Positions 1-14,308 of a DNA stretch of 64,000 nucleotides are shown in pieces; within the stretch, counting starts at the first letter, position 1; the number at the start of each line of letters is the position of its first letter. A program made the translations under genes and the position numbers. The stretch is from Eledone cirrhosa (taxonomy: Eukaryota): assembly GCA_964016885.1 (NCBI GenBank), contig OZ024740.1, positions 110,236,001 to 110,300,000 of the forward strand, given 5' to 3'. A model generated the notes under the pieces. That model was given only the letters and a program-made list of their open reading frames with translations. It did no database searches and had not been told where the DNA came from.

Positions 1-325
1 ATCTCCCTTTCTATCTTTCTCTGGAAGAAATCTGGAGAGGGATGGGCTCCATCAGGCTTAAAAATTGCCAAAGAAACGCGGTATGTCAATGCGACTCAAT
101 CAGGAGTTACGGGACCATACTTACTGTATTAAGGCAGCTACTTAGGGCGGAGACCACAGAGAGGTGCATTACTGAACCTCAATGAATCGCATTATATGAC
201 ACAGTCAGTAGTGTTCGTAATGTCACACATAAGCTGAGCTCAGTGCTGGTTGAAACAATTAGAATTGTGTATGCAATGATACTTCAGTAGTTGTTGAAAT
301 GACACAGCTCAGTATGACTTGCAGC

Positions 326-767
326 CAGGGCCAATGCTACGATTAAGGTCAACTAGGCAATCGGCTAGGACGCAGACCCCCGAAAGACGCATTTCTAAAC
401 CTATAAGAACCACATTTTTTTAAATTTATAAATTTGTATTCTTAAATTAAATATATAAATATAATTACCTACGACCAATAGATAAAGTGCTAAACATTTT
501 TGCCGCTCAGCAGCGTTATGGAAGTATCTAAAGTGACAAAGAAGGTCGTACAGTATTATGAGCTATTATATGATTTGGTGAGGGTGAGTGTTGACTGTGT
601 GGTGGAAAATGCAGGTTTCGTCATTTTCTTAGTGTGGTCAGAGCAAGAAGTATCAAAAACAAGGTTTGTCAATTTACTAAGCTGTAAATTGAAATTATTT
701 TATTTGGTAGAATGGGGCGCATAACTAAGAGAATCCTAGGGCGCTAAATACCCAGGCATCAGCTCTG
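326..767. mobile_element. Possible degenerate non-autonomous hAT-like MITE
   Basis: Imperfect terminal inverted repeats (CAGGGCCAATGC ... GCATCAGCTCTG, 9/12 match), GC-rich subterminal ctagg/gggcgc motifs and an AT-rich interior; no clean 8-bp TSD. Confidence 0.3.
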
Positions 768-770
768 CTG

Positions 771-822
<52 letters not shown>
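768..822. repeat. (CTA)n microsatellite
   Basis: Perfect trinucleotide run. Confidence 0.95.
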
Positions 823-1219
823 AAAGCACCACAGCAAGATTTTTACTTAATTAAAAACTCAATGAAAGAACGATAAATTTACTTTGAAATATTTTATTGG
901 CCTCTTGAAAATTTAATTTTATTTCTAAAAAATTATTATTATTATTATCATTATTATTCTTGCTCTGTTGTTGTTTAATTTTTTTAAAAATCCTCACAAG
1001 TTTTAGAAATAAATGAAACCTTGACATTGTTTTCTTTCAAGAACAATGGCGAAAAATATAAATAAATAAACAACGTTTGAAGTTGAAGTTGGCATTGTTC
1101 ATGATGATGGTGATGATGATGTGTTTGATGTTGTTGTTGTTCATGTTAAGGTTGATAATGATGGTGCAGATGTTTCCAGGCTTTCATCTTTTGTTTAAAC
1201 TTCTAAAATATATGTGATC

Positions 1220-2660
1220 TTAACAGCAATCACAACAACAGCAACAACAATAAAAAGAAATCAAACAACAACAGTAATAACAGCAATAACAGCAACGACA
1301 GAAACAACAGTAATAACAAAAACAACAACAACAACAGCAATAACAGGAATAACAGCACTAACAACTATACCTGCAAAAACAACAATAACAGCAATAACAA
1401 GAATAAGAGAAACAACAGGAATAACAGCAACAACAGCAATAACAACAACAGCAATAACAGCAATAACAACAATAACAGCTACAGCAGCAACAACAGAAAT
1501 AACAGCCATAAGAGGAATCACAACAACAGCAATAATAGCAACATCGGCAATAACAGCAATAACAGGAATAACAGCAATGAGAGCAATAACAGCAATAACA
1601 GTAACATCAAAAATAACAGCAATAATAGGAATAATAGGAATAACAGCAATAACAGCAATAATGGCAATACCAGAAATAACAGCAATGACAGCAAGAACAG
1701 GAATAACAGCAATGAGAGCAATAACAGCAACAACAGGAATAACAGCAACAACAACAACAGCAATAACAGCAATAGCAGCAATAACAGCAAGAACAACAAC
1801 AACAACAGCAATAGCAGCAATAACAGCAACAACAGTAATAACAACAATAACAGGAATAACAACAACATCAATAAAAAGAAATCAACCAACAACAACAACA
1901 ACAACAACAGCAATAACAGCAATAACAGCAATCAAACCACAAAAATAACAACAGCAATAACAACAATAACAACAATAACAACAATAACAGCAATAACAAC
2001 AATAACAACGATAACAACAATAACAGCAATAGCAACAATAACAACAATAACAACAATAACAGCAATAACAACAATAACAGCAATAACAGCAATAACAACA
2101 ATAACAGCAATAACAGCAATAACAGCAATCAAACCACAAAAATAACAACAGCCATAACAACAATAAAAACAATAACAACAATAACAGCAATAACAACAAT
2201 AACAACAATAACAACAATAACAGCAATAACAACAATAACAACAATAACAACAATAACAACGATAACAACAATAACAGCAATAGCAACAATAACAACAATA
2301 ACAACAATAACAGCAATAACAACAATAACAGCAATAACAGCAATAACAACAATAACAGCAATAACAGCAATAACAGCAATCAAACCACAAAAATAACAAC
2401 AGCAATAACAACAATAAAAACAATAACAACAATAACAGCAATAACAACAATAACAACAATAACAGCAATAATAACAATAACAGCAATAACAGCATAACAG
2501 CAATAACAACAATAACAGCAATAACAGCAATAACAGCAATCAAACCACAAAAATAACAACAGCAATAACAGCAATAACAGCAATAACAGCAATCAAACAC
2601 CACCAACAACAACACAAAAAAACAATCAAACAAGAACAAAATCAACGAAACACGTAAAAT
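1220..2660. repeat. Degenerate AAC/AAT/AGC satellite with higher-order duplications
   Basis: 9-bp units such as AATAACAGC; marker AATCAAACCACAAAAATAACAACAGC recurs at about 1930, 2127, 2378 and 2538. Confidence 0.9.
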
Positions 2661-3369
2661 AAAACCATATAACGAAATCAAATAGTGGTGGATTCTCTGA
2701 GATTTCTATCCCACCTTCATTTGACTGCTATTTCTAGCAGGTCCTATGTTGAAGCTGTTTACCCCTAAAGTTAGCTAGCTCTGATTAAGCCAGCATATGA
2801 TCGAAGGCATTCTAACCATATCCATTATTTTTTTTTATATATATATTAGGACTATATTGTTAAGTTTGTCCTTGTTTTTAAGGCAGGAGAATATAAATTA
2901 AAAGAGATTTGGCTGCTATTTCTATGGTCACTTCGACAGGTTTTCAAACAATTTCTGTCATTTGATTCAGTTTCTCTCGTGTACTGACAGGATCGTTAGT
3001 GAGTATGCAAGAAAAAGCCCACTGTAACGAGACTCAATCCTGCCTATAATAATGAATACATTTATATATATAGTATCAGCAGACAAATACATCGAAACCG
3101 CGTCAGCCACCTTGCTGGCAGTGCAATTTCGTGCATTAAGGTGGTACTGCACTTGAGATGCCAGTTTGCGCAACAGATCAGAGCTCGCTCTATTTGTGTG
3201 AAGCATGTGAGACGATAATAAAACAAAGAATAGACGAAAAGTTTACGGGTGTTTTTCGCCCAAAGGGGACACATACTTGAACATTTAGTATTCAATGGAC
3301 AACAGAATGTGCATGTAAAAGTGCAAAAAGATTAATGTGAATATCTCGTGCTAACAAAAACGTTCTAAT

Positions 3370-3490
3370 ATTCCAGTCTTTGGTTGACTCAGAGCTATGG
3401 TAAAATACATTAGCCCAAGACTCAACGCAGTGTGATCGAACCTGAAACATCACACTTATGCAGTAGGCAACGATCTCCATAACCATTCGA
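3370..3490 (-). mobile_element. Degenerate tRNA-derived SINE head
   Basis: Minus strand has B-box-like GGTTCGATC followed by cactgcg...cttggg, resembling a cephalopod SINE as I recall it. Confidence 0.4.
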
Positions 3491-5185
3491 CCATCCATTT
3501 CTTTTCAAACTGAATGAATAAACAATAAAAAAAAAAAATTAAACCTTTCGGAAAGTTTTGACTATGTGATGAAGAAGACTACTGTAACATGCAGTCGTTT
3601 GGAATAAAAAAAAACGGTTGAAATCAACAAAAATCACCCAGAAAAACACAAACAAAATACTCCCTTCCCCCTAAAAAAGACACTAATCTCGGAAAGTCTC
3701 CTTTTTTTTTTATTGCGAGTCAATGAAGCAAAACGAGTAGTTTCCATATGAGTAGTTTCATCAGTTCAGATGTGAAGCTGGATGAATTTTTATTTTAATT
3801 TTTCATCAAAGACACTCCCCAAAGACTTTCAATGTTGACCAAACAAAACTTTTACTTTAAATGAAATGAAGTAAATAATTTGGATATAATTTATAATTTA
3901 TTTATTTTTTATTCTAAATTGCGATAATTGAATTTTTTTTTGCTACTGAGATTGGTTTTCTAGCTGTAACAGAACTGGTGTATTTAACTAATGTCTATGG
4001 GAGAGGCATGAATGTCATATGATCGCAGATTATTTCTCCATAAAAATCCGAGTTTTTTGGTCCATCTGAGAATAACTTTTGGCAGATTTTCTCTTTCCTT
4101 TTTTCGATCTCGTTTCAAGGAAGAAAATAGAAATAGAAACAAATGAAAAAGAAGCAAGTTAAACTATAAAATAATAATGATAAACAAGTAAATAATAGAA
4201 AGAATAAACAACAAGTGAATGAATGAGGTAACGAATGAATGAAATAGTGGAAGAAACATGGAAAAAAATAACATTGTGAAGAAAGAAAGAGCGAATGAAA
4301 TGCGCAAATGAAATAAATAAATGACAAAGGTAAAAAAAGAAAGATATGCAAATTGAAGGAAAGTATGAAAGAGTCTATCGGGTGTGGGAGAGCATGATTA
4401 TAAAAAGGAAAGAAAATGAAAAAAAAAAGTAGAAAACGAATAAAAATAAGTGAAGGAGAGAAAAATATAAATAAAACAAAAGAAGTGAAAGAGAGAGGCC
4501 GAAAAAGGACATTAATGAAATGGAGGAAATGGGGGTTGCATATAAAAGAAAAAAAAGGGAGAAGGAAGAAAATGAAGGAAAATAGAAGGAGCGAAATGGA
4601 TAGAGGAAACATGAATGATAGCCTAGATGAATGAGAAGAAATAGAAGAAAACGAGCCATAGAAAGAAAGACATTAATTAAAGGGAGAAAGTAAGATCTTA
4701 AGAAGGAAAAGAACGAAAGAACAGGGTGGTAAAAATAATAATAAAAAAGGGACTTTGATGGACGATAAATATTAGATTTTGCGTACATTTTGGCAGTCTC
4801 CACAAAATTTAATTTACATTTCCTTGACTCTTTTTTTTCTATTTAATTTTGTAATTGATATATTTTTTTTTAACAAAAAATCTTTCTATTTAAACTTTAT
4901 TGCTCTTTTATAGTTCGAACGGATGACATTAATTGAAGCGACGCGTGTTGCTCTGTGCTTCTACTTTCATTTTTTGTTGCAATTTTTCTTTTTCAGTTTG
5001 ACATTTATTTTTTTATTCTCCACGACATCCGATGATCAATACTTAGACACGCCCATTCTTTAGATTTCAAAATTACTTACCACTCGACAAGCACACACAT
5101 AAACACAAAACACCTTAATATGCATCGATTATTACCCTGATCTGCGGTCTTCTCGGTTTCAGAATCGTGAACATTTCGCCCCCTC

Positions 5186-5187
<2 letters not shown>

Positions 5188-5241
<54 letters not shown>

Positions 5242-5820
5242 CTACACACACATATGTATATATACGTGCATACGTGTTCATAGAAATATGTAAAGATATG
5301 CACCCATATGCACTTAAAAACCATGAACCCCTCCATCTATCCACCCATCTAATCAACCATCCATTCTCTCATTTATTTAAGGATATACGCATATATAAAC
5401 ACACGTAAACACGCAACCACACACATACACATACTTCCCTATTTTCAAAATAGCGTTCGTATATGTCTGAATTTCATTAAAATGTACAAGTCCTTTAGTT
5501 AAAAATTTGCTAATTCTTTCCTGAACATGACAATAACAACCTACACACATACATACATACATACATACATACATACATACATACATACATACATACATAC
5601 ATACATAGATGCATACATAGATGCATACATTCATACATGCACACATATATGTATACACACATATATGCATACATACATACATACATACATACATACATAC
5701 ATACACACATACATATATGCATACATACATGCATACATGCATACATGCATACATACAAACATACATGCATACATTCATACATACACACACACATATATAT
5801 ATATACATACATACATAAAC
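5188..5820. repeat. (CA)n and (TACA)n microsatellites
   Basis: Direct inspection. Confidence 0.9.
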
Positions 5821-6339
5821 ACATGGTGGCTGCCAACTCGTTTTCGAGTACGGCCACTACTTTATATCCATGTAGGAGAACCCCTACCGATGCGCTGAAC
5901 GAATGTGACTTTTTAGTCCAGCCAGCGACTTGAAAACTCTGGTACAAACACTACACTTGTGACAATTATTGACACATAGTGCTGGGCCCATGGTACCATG
6001 TGACGACAAGTGCAGAGAGATCTCCAGATATAAAGCAATGCCTGTGCCGTGAAGCTTTTATAGTGAGCAAAGGCACTGCACAAAGCCAGTCCCACTCTCT
6101 TAACTAAGATGATATTTACCAAAAAGAAGAACAAGTCAACATCATTGGATACCATCAGGGTTGCAGGTGGTATATCAGAGTTTTCCTTCTCCTAGAATTC
6201 TACCTTGACAAAGGCTTAGGGGTCATCTCTCCCGGTGATTTTGGATGGCCATTGACACTTAAGAGTTCCTTTGCCCTTTGACATAGACACATACATACAT
6301 GCATACATAGACACATACATACATGCATACATACATACA

Positions 6340-9265
6340 AAACGCTTAACATTTTGTCATATGTTTCAGCTGTCACATTGCTATCATATAACACACATCT
6401 AAAACCACGCAATCAAGATACAAACAAAAAGCCTGAACCAGCGTGGATGCGAAATTTAAAAACCAAAATTTTGTCCCTGAGACGAAGTATCTCACACATC
6501 GCAGTCGTTATGAAATGCAACATAGAGAGCAACTTCACACGACACCAAGAAGACTTAAAAAAAAAAGTTAGAGAGACGATTTGGAGATACAAAATTTAAA
6601 ACTTTAAACTCCAAATTACACCAGTTGAAACAACAACTCACAGCTACAACAAAAATACTAAAATATAAGTCAACAGCACATAAACGACAAGTGCTAAATA
6701 GATTGTTTGCCAGAGATCCTAAATCAGTTTATCGCAGCTGCGGTGGCAAAAGCTCAATCACTGTAAATGACACCCCTTCAAAAGAACAGGTTGAGAGCTA
6801 CTGGAGATCTGTATGGGAAACGGATGACGGATTTAACAGACAAACTAATTGGCTAAAAGAACTGGAACAGGACTACTGCCAACATGTCCAGACAAAACAA
6901 TTTGACATAGATGGGTCAATACTGGAAACAGCTCTACAGAAAATGTCGAATAGGAAATCACCAGGTCCAGACCTCATTACAGGATACTGGTTGAAGAATT
7001 TCACTTTCTATCGGCAAGATCTCATACGGCTGTTTACAGAAACCGTTAAAGACACACAAGAACTGCCCAGATGGTTATCAACTGCCACTACTCTCCTCAT
7101 TCCCCAAAATAGCCAAACCACCCTTGCTAAAAATTACCGCCCAATAGCCTGCCAACACATCATGTATAAATTATATAATGAGTGCCTTAACCTGTTCTTA
7201 CAGGATCACTGTGCTACCAACAACATCATAACACCTGAGCAAGCTGGTGGAAAGAGGGAGGTGTGGGGTTGCATAGATCACCTACTAACTAATAAAATGA
7301 TTCAAGAAAAAACAACAAAGAATCGCAGAAACATGACTGTCGTGTGGCTGGACTATCAAAAAGCATTTGATAGTGTACCTCATGGGTGGATTGTTAAGGC
7401 TTTACAGTTAGCCAAAGTCCCACAACAACTGGTAGATGCTGTTGAACGTCTGACCAAGAACTGGTACACCAATTTGATCCTTAGAGGTGAGAAGGAGCAA
7501 GTTAAGACTGATAAGATACATTACCAGAAGGGCATCTTTCAGGGTGATAGCTTGTCAGTGCTACTCTTCGTTCTCTCACTAAATCCACTGTCTTACCTAC
7601 TCAGGAAACAAGGTGGACAAAGAAGTGGGTCCAGAAGTATCTCCCATTTTTTCTTTGTTGATGACCTGAAGTTGTATGGGCCAAATATCAATGACATCAA
7701 GAAACAATTGGACATCATTACACAATTTTCAACAGGCATCAAAATGAAATTGAGTGAGTCCAAGTGTGCATATTTGGCAGTAAAACGTGGAAGAGCTGTG
7801 CCCTCCTCTAGAAATCTAGAGATGAACGGCCCGACAATACAACCTCTACAGTCAGGTGACAACTACAGATATCTTGGACAGGATGAGAATGTCAGATATG
7901 ATGGACCCATAAATAAGGAGAGAACCAGAACTGAATACCTCAGAAGAGTAAAGAAAATATGGTCATCAGAACTGTCAGCGTACAACAAATACATTGCCCA
8001 CAATACTTATGCTGTGCCAATTCTAACGCCAACATTTGGCCTGCTGAACTGGTCATTGCAAGAACTAAGCGAGATGGATGTTAGAACTCGCAAACTTCTC
8101 AGTGTTACTGGGAACTTTAACATCAATGGTGATGTGGATAGGCTATACTTCTCACGCAAGGAAGGTGGCCGGGGTCTAAAATCCATATTAACATCATATG
8201 AGACCCGGATAGTAACACTGAAGCAACATCTTCAACAGAGGAAAAGGTTGGCAACCATCTTTCCCAGGTTTATGAGCACGAAAAAAAAAATATCATTAGA
8301 ATAGCCACTGATCTGGAGGAGAGATATGGAATAAAGCCTGATATAAATCTCTCACTCAGAGAAATCGGAAGATCCTATTCAATGTTCAAACAAGATGAAA
8401 AAATTGACCAATTTACAGAAAAAGTTGTGCATGGATACTTGAGACGTAAAACACAGACCATAGAGGAGATAAACCACTCAAAAAGCCTGGCATGGAGTTC
8501 CGACAAGTTTATGACATCACACCTTGAGGGATATCTCTATGCAATACAGGAACAAGAACTCCCTACCAAATATCTGCTGCACAAAAGGGGAGGGCCATCA
8601 GCTGGCAATAAATGTAGGCTATGTAAAACAAAGATCGAGGATGTAAGCCATATTGTTGCCAGCTGCGAAAGAATGTCATCTAGCTACTACCTCCCCACGA
8701 GACACGATGGGATAGCTAGAACCATCTGGAACGCACTTCGGAAAACAACATTAACAACAAACGAGAAGGAATATATTGAGACAGATGGCACTAAGGAATA
8801 CTGGTGGAACCTGAAAATAAAAACTGCCACCAAATTAAAGCACAACCGGCCAGATATTGTTGTTTGGGACAACACATTGAAAACGTGTTCTGTTGTGGAG
8901 ATCAGCTGCCCACTTGATGTAAACGTTGTCAGAAAAATACCGGTGAAGGAGGACAGCTACGGACCATTGATGAGGAGTTTATAAATCCAGTATCCAAGAT
9001 ACACCTTTAGCTTCATACCCATCATTATTGGAGCTACGGGTTATATACCAACCCGCTTGGACCAAAGTATGACTGAACTTTGATTTGCGGACAAAGAACG
9101 CAGCTCCCTAATTCATAGTCTACAAATGGTTGCGATAGCTGGTACCTTCAAAATTTGCAAAACATTCTTGCGATTCAAGGGATGACAATTTATTTTCTTT
9201 TACAACCTTGCCACCAGGAAGGTGGCCGGTCAAAAAAATATACTCGAAACTAAGAGAAAGAGATA
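6340..9265 (+). mobile_element. 5'-truncated R4/Dong-like non-LTR retrotransposon (RT + restriction-like endonuclease)
   Basis: Single-ORF layout RT - CCHC finger - RLE; flanked on both sides by (TACA)n; short 3' UTR after the TGA at 9183-9185. Confidence 0.85.
6625..9185 (+). pseudogene. Disrupted RT-RLE ORF of the R4-like element
   Basis: KSPGPD, YRPIAC, DYQKAFDSVPH, GIFQGDSLS, FVDDLKLY; then CRLC..EDVSHIVASC, RHD, RPDIVVWD..VVEISCP and IPIIIGATG; frameshift near 8250-8290 and in-frame stops (8982, about 9081). Confidence 0.9.
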
Positions 9266-9734
9266 ACACATACATACATATGTGCATGTATACATGCATA
9301 CATACATGCATACATACATGCATACGTACATATGTACATGCGTACATACATACAAACGCATGCACGTACGCACACACATACACACACATATACGCGCACA
9401 CACACACGCACTCTCTCTCTCTCTCTCTCTTTCTCCTTCTCTCTCACACACACACATACATATATATATATACATATGCATGTGTGAGTGTGTGTGTATC
9501 TTTGTGTGTACAGGGTGTCAATTTAAAGTCCTTGGGTAATTTTTAATATTAAATTAAAAATTTTAATAACTTTATTTCTGTATATAGATAAAATTAATCT
9601 CTGGCGAAATTAATCAGAAGCCTGATGTATTTATTTCATCGTCATCAATCAAAAATATAATTCAATTGTTTATTTACTTATTTTTTTTATTAATAATTAC
9701 ATCAAATTTATTTTATATGGACATGTAATTCGTG

Positions 9735-10030
9735 TGTTTGATCCCCGTCGGTTACGACGACGAGTATTCCAGTTGTATGATCAACGGAATTGTCTACTCG
9801 TAAAATTAACATGCAAGTGCTTGAGAATTCCATAGATACGTGTATCCGTAACGTAGTTCTCAGGGAGATTCAGTGTGACAGAATGAGTGACATAGCTGGC
9901 CTTTTGAATTACAGGTACTACAATTCATTTTTGCTAGCTGAGTGAATTGGAGCAACGTGAAAACGCCTTGTTGTAGGATACAACAGACCGATGGAATCGA
10001 ACTCAAGATTGTGGGTGGAACACCCTAATC
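9735..10030 (-). mobile_element. tRNA-derived SINE (CORE-type), degenerate
   Basis: GGAATCGAACTC is a reverse B-box; its 3' half is the reverse complement of the SINE at 54187-54325; a more degenerate partial copy lies at about 28660-28770. Confidence 0.6.
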
Positions 10031-10125
10031 TATAAACAACACACTTTCAGGAGGACTTGCAAAGACTACTGTTTATTCAACGACATAGCATGGCTGAATG
10101 GTTAAGATGTTTGTTTCGCAATGTC

Positions 10126-12543
10126 AGGGGGCAATGGACTTTGGCACATACCTCGACGGCCTGCCGCGTCTCTCAAGCATGGACGCCGAGTTCTGCGAAA
10201 GACCGATCACAGTCACTGAGATTCGGGACGCTCTGGGCCGCTGCGGGAAACGCAAATCACCCGGTCTAGATGGTCTACCCTATGAGTTTTACATAGGCAT
10301 GCCGGATTTGTTCTCTGGCGTCCTCGAAGCCGCCTACTGCAATTGGCAGTAGAACGGGACAATTCCCAGTTCTGCAGGCAAGGGCGTAGTAACGCTGATT
10401 AGGAAAGACGAGAACAAGGAGGACGAAATAAACAATTTCAGGCCCATAACTCTGCTCAACACAGAGTTAAAGATTTTGGCCAAGATGCTAGCAACGAGGC
10501 TGGCGCTTGTCATCGAAAACCTGGTAGGGAAAGCGCAAATGTGTGCAATCCCGACCAGGTCCATACACAACAACCTCCACCTCATGAGATACATCATAGA
10601 GAGGGTGGGGTGTAAAGCCGGCTTCGGTGGGGCTCTGATCAATTTAGATCAGTCTAAGGCATTCGATAGGGTCGACCATCGATACTTGGAAGCGGTTCTC
10701 AAGGCGGCCGATTTCGGTCCCGTGTTCAGAGACTGGATCGAGGCGATGCACACCAGCATCTGCTTGAGGGTCAAGGTGAACGGCTACCTATCGGAGACGT
10801 TCGCAATCACGCGTTCCATTCGACAGGGATGCCCTCTTTCCTCCATTCTGTACATATTCACCCTAGAGCCACTACTGCGGCAGTTAGAGCTTTTGCAGGG
10901 CATCCCTTTCGAACCGGGACTGCGAAAAGCTGCGTCGGCTTATGCCGACGACGTGACGGTAATGGTGTCGAAAACCTCGGAAATCGAGGTAATCGGCAAC
11001 CTACTACAGGAATACGAAAGGTTCACAGGAGCAAAACTGAACCCGGACAAGTCTGTCGGTTTGCAACTCGGGACGTGGAGAGGCAAACCGATGCCGTCCG
11101 ACAGCATCGTCGGACGCTGGACGGAAGGACCAGTGAAATTGCTCGGAGTCTGGTTCGTTCCAGACCTCCAGGTGGAAAAAATTGGAACGAGGTCATGGCC
11201 AAGGTATTTGCGCTCACCCAGAAGTGGGCAGAGTGCAAACTGTCTTTGAAAGATCGAGCGGAGGTGGCGAACACTTTCATAGCGTCCGTCATCTACTACC
11301 GCTTGACTGTCGTGCCTTGTCCCCGTGAATACCTCATCAAGATGAAACGCATGCTCTTCCAGTTCCTGTGGAAGAAACAGGCTGCGCTGGTGAGGAGATC
11401 CGTCTGCTGTCAACACCCTTCCAACGGAGGGCTGGGCATGCCGTGGCTAATGATACGCAAACATGCGCTGAGGCTACGGCATCTCCAGGTATTCCTCACC
11501 GACAAACCGGTGTGGGCACCGTTTGTGAGACAGGCCTTCCCACAACTTGTCTCGCTGACGGAGCTGCAGTACTGGGTCAAGCGAAGACCGAAGAAGATGG
11601 GCGCCTGGCACATTGAATGTACCAAGGCGCCCACAGTCCTCTGTCAAGCGGGCACAGCAATCAGTGGAGACTCCACTTCGACATTCTATAGAGGGTTAGT
11701 ACTTTACAAGTGCGACAACGTGCTTTGGGAGTCTCTAGGCGTCGAAAACGACGAGCTCACCAGTCTGTTCGTTAGGACTTTCCGCCCGGGACCTATGGAC
11801 AACTTTCAGAGGTCCCTGGCCTGGCAGTGCTACCGAGGAGCTCTATCCGTTCGAGACAAGATCTACAGGCACGGATCCTTCCAAGAGGACGTGTCCAAGA
11901 TACGAACAGGAGATTGAAACCGTCTTGCACGCAATTGTACACTGCCCGGGCGTAACCGACCTGTGGAACTATGCAGAACAACTGCTGTCGCGTATGGGAC
12001 AAATCCAGTTGACTGCCGAATCCATAGTAAGGATCAAACCGCCAGCCTCTTTCAAAAACGAAAGAGAGGCGGTTTTCCTCTGTACAGTGGCTATGGTGAA
12101 AGCGGTTACATGGTGGATGAGATTGAGAGGACTGAGGACAGATGCCTTTCTCTCCGGAGAACAATTAATTCCCCTCTTTAAGTATCACTTTAGAAGAGAA
12201 TCAGAGTGGAGAGTGAGGCACTGCACCCCAGTAAATTTACTGAAAGGTGGGTGAATGAAGCAAAAATGACCCGAGTGTTTGTGCCTTCTCTATTTATAAG
12301 CCCGTAGGTTAAAGAAGAGAGCAAAAGGATGAAGGGAGCACTTGCACAACACGCTCCTGAAGTTGAGGGTTGTTCTATCGACGGGGTATTAAACAACCCA
12401 TTTGTGGCGCCTCCCCCCTATTGGGGATTTCGATTGTTATAATTGTTTGTTTTATATTTTTATACACGACTGTATGTAAAATCCCCGGCATGTGTCTTAG
12501 TATTGTCCCCCTTTTCTTGTGCGCCCTTGTGGCTAATAAAGAA
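10126..12543 (+). mobile_element. Tx1/L1-like retrotransposon copy A, 5'-truncated and degenerate
   Basis: KSPGLDGLP, DQSKAFDRVDH, RQGCPLS, YADD; nonsense codon at 10350 and frameshifts; ORF2 stop 12305-12307; 3' UTR ends AATAAAGAA then (ATCT)4. Confidence 0.92.
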
Positions 12544-12559
12544 ATCTATCTATCTATCT

Positions 12560-12822
12560 TTGTATATAAACTTATAGGCTGAGGAAGAGAGGGAAGAGAA
12601 GAAAGGAGCACTTGCAAAACATGCTCCTGGAGTTGAGGGTTGTTCTATCTACGGGGTGTAAAAAAACCCCAGTTGTAACGCCCCCTCCCCCCTATTAAGG
12701 ATTTCGATTGTTAAATTTTTTAATGTTATAATTTTACTCTTTTTACACGATTGTATGTAAAATCCCCGCCATATGTTCTTGTATTGTCCCGTTTCTTGTG
12801 CGCCCTTGTGGCAAATAAAGAA
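12560..12822 (+). mobile_element. Tx1-like 3'-UTR-only stub
   Basis: Paralogue of 12290-12543; ends GCAAATAAAGAA then (ATCT)n. Confidence 0.85.

Positions 12823-12894
<72 letters not shown>
12823..12894. repeat. (ATCT)n linker between tandem Tx1 copies
   Basis: Perfect tetranucleotide run. Confidence 0.95.
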
Positions 12895-13119
12895 CTATTT
12901 ACGATGGACACATGTGCTGAGCTCGCTCGGTAAGTTTTTGTTTAAATTCATACGGAAATTGTAAACTGTAAACTTTCATTTTTGTACCATTTTGTAGAGG
13001 GACTGCCAGGTCAAATTTTGATCTGGTCGGTCTCTCAAAATATTCTGCGCCTTTGGGCGAAATAGTATTGTGAACATTTTATCTTTCGAAAAACTTCGAA
13101 AAACCCTATTTTGAGAAAA

Positions 13120-14253
13120 ATGGCTGAAGCATCTTCACCATCAATCAAAGAAGGAAAGGGGAAGTCATACTCGCAGCTTCCCCCTGCCACTGTCACAGCA
13201 GCAGATGCCAAAGGCAGAGGTCAGAGAGAGGAAGAATTGTCTTCACCTGTTGACCGACCACTAGATGTAGCCACAACTACACAAGAATTTGAAAACAACA
13301 ACAACAACAACGACAACAACAGCAACAATAAAGACAACAACAACAACACAAACGTCACAAGTATCCACACACCAAACGAGAAAGACAACAACAACAACAA
13401 AGATGAAAACAACTCAAACGACGAGAAACAAAACAATACTAAAATCCAAAGCGAAAACAAAATATCTTTTGCACAAACGGCTAAATTATCAGTCGCGTAT
13501 GTGCTTGAAGATATTTCAAAAGCAAAAGAAATGCTGGAAAAAGCCAAGAAATATGTGTCTTTTGGCGAAAACGGTTCGTTTTCTATACATTCACCTCCAG
13601 AACTAAAAAAAACAGACGGAATTACGAACTGTCGTATTCCGAACAATTTTAAATAAAACAAAAAAACCAGCGCAACCATCTCAAGCGGAAATTCAGTTAG
13701 TCTTGAAAGACGCGATGAGAGATATCACTTTTATACAAAAGGATAAACTCTATGGGAGTTTATCCATATTGATGAAAGACGAATTGGCGGCGAAAAAATA
13801 CTCTGTGTCGCCAATTCGGTCCACACACTACACCTTCTTCCCCACCTACATGGGTAAAAAAACCCAGAGGATATGGATAACCACCATCACCCCAAACATA
13901 AACTACTGGTGGTTACTAACCGGTTTCCTCAATTTAGACGAGGACAACCTCATTTCAATAGGGAAGGCATCCGGCGACGCGTTCAGTGGAACGAGCATCG
14001 AAGTTCTGACCCAAATAAGGCCAGAACGCATCGCCCAAATCCCTGAGCGCGTCATGCTGGATGACCGTACCCACCTCAACATTATTGTGGAGGGTAGGCG
14101 TCCCTCCTGTTACCTCTGTGGCAATAGAGGTCACCTGAGGGCTGCCTGTCCCCAGCTCACACAGAAAAAAACATTGCTACCAACACCAACACCACCCCAA
14201 CTACAACAACAAAAACAACCACAACAACAACAACAAAAACCAACAACCCCACC

Positions 14254-14308
<55 letters not shown>

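Noticed and set aside
4115-4760. Hydrophobic or Lys-rich ORFs
   Set aside because: Purine-rich low-complexity tract without recognisable motifs
9509-9720. Tc1/mariner-like end TACAGGGTGTC
   Set aside because: No partner TIR or transposase found
12290-12822. Duplicated 3' UTR read as an LTR pair
   Set aside because: No TG..CA ends, PBS or integrase; both copies are LINE 3' ends with ATCT tails
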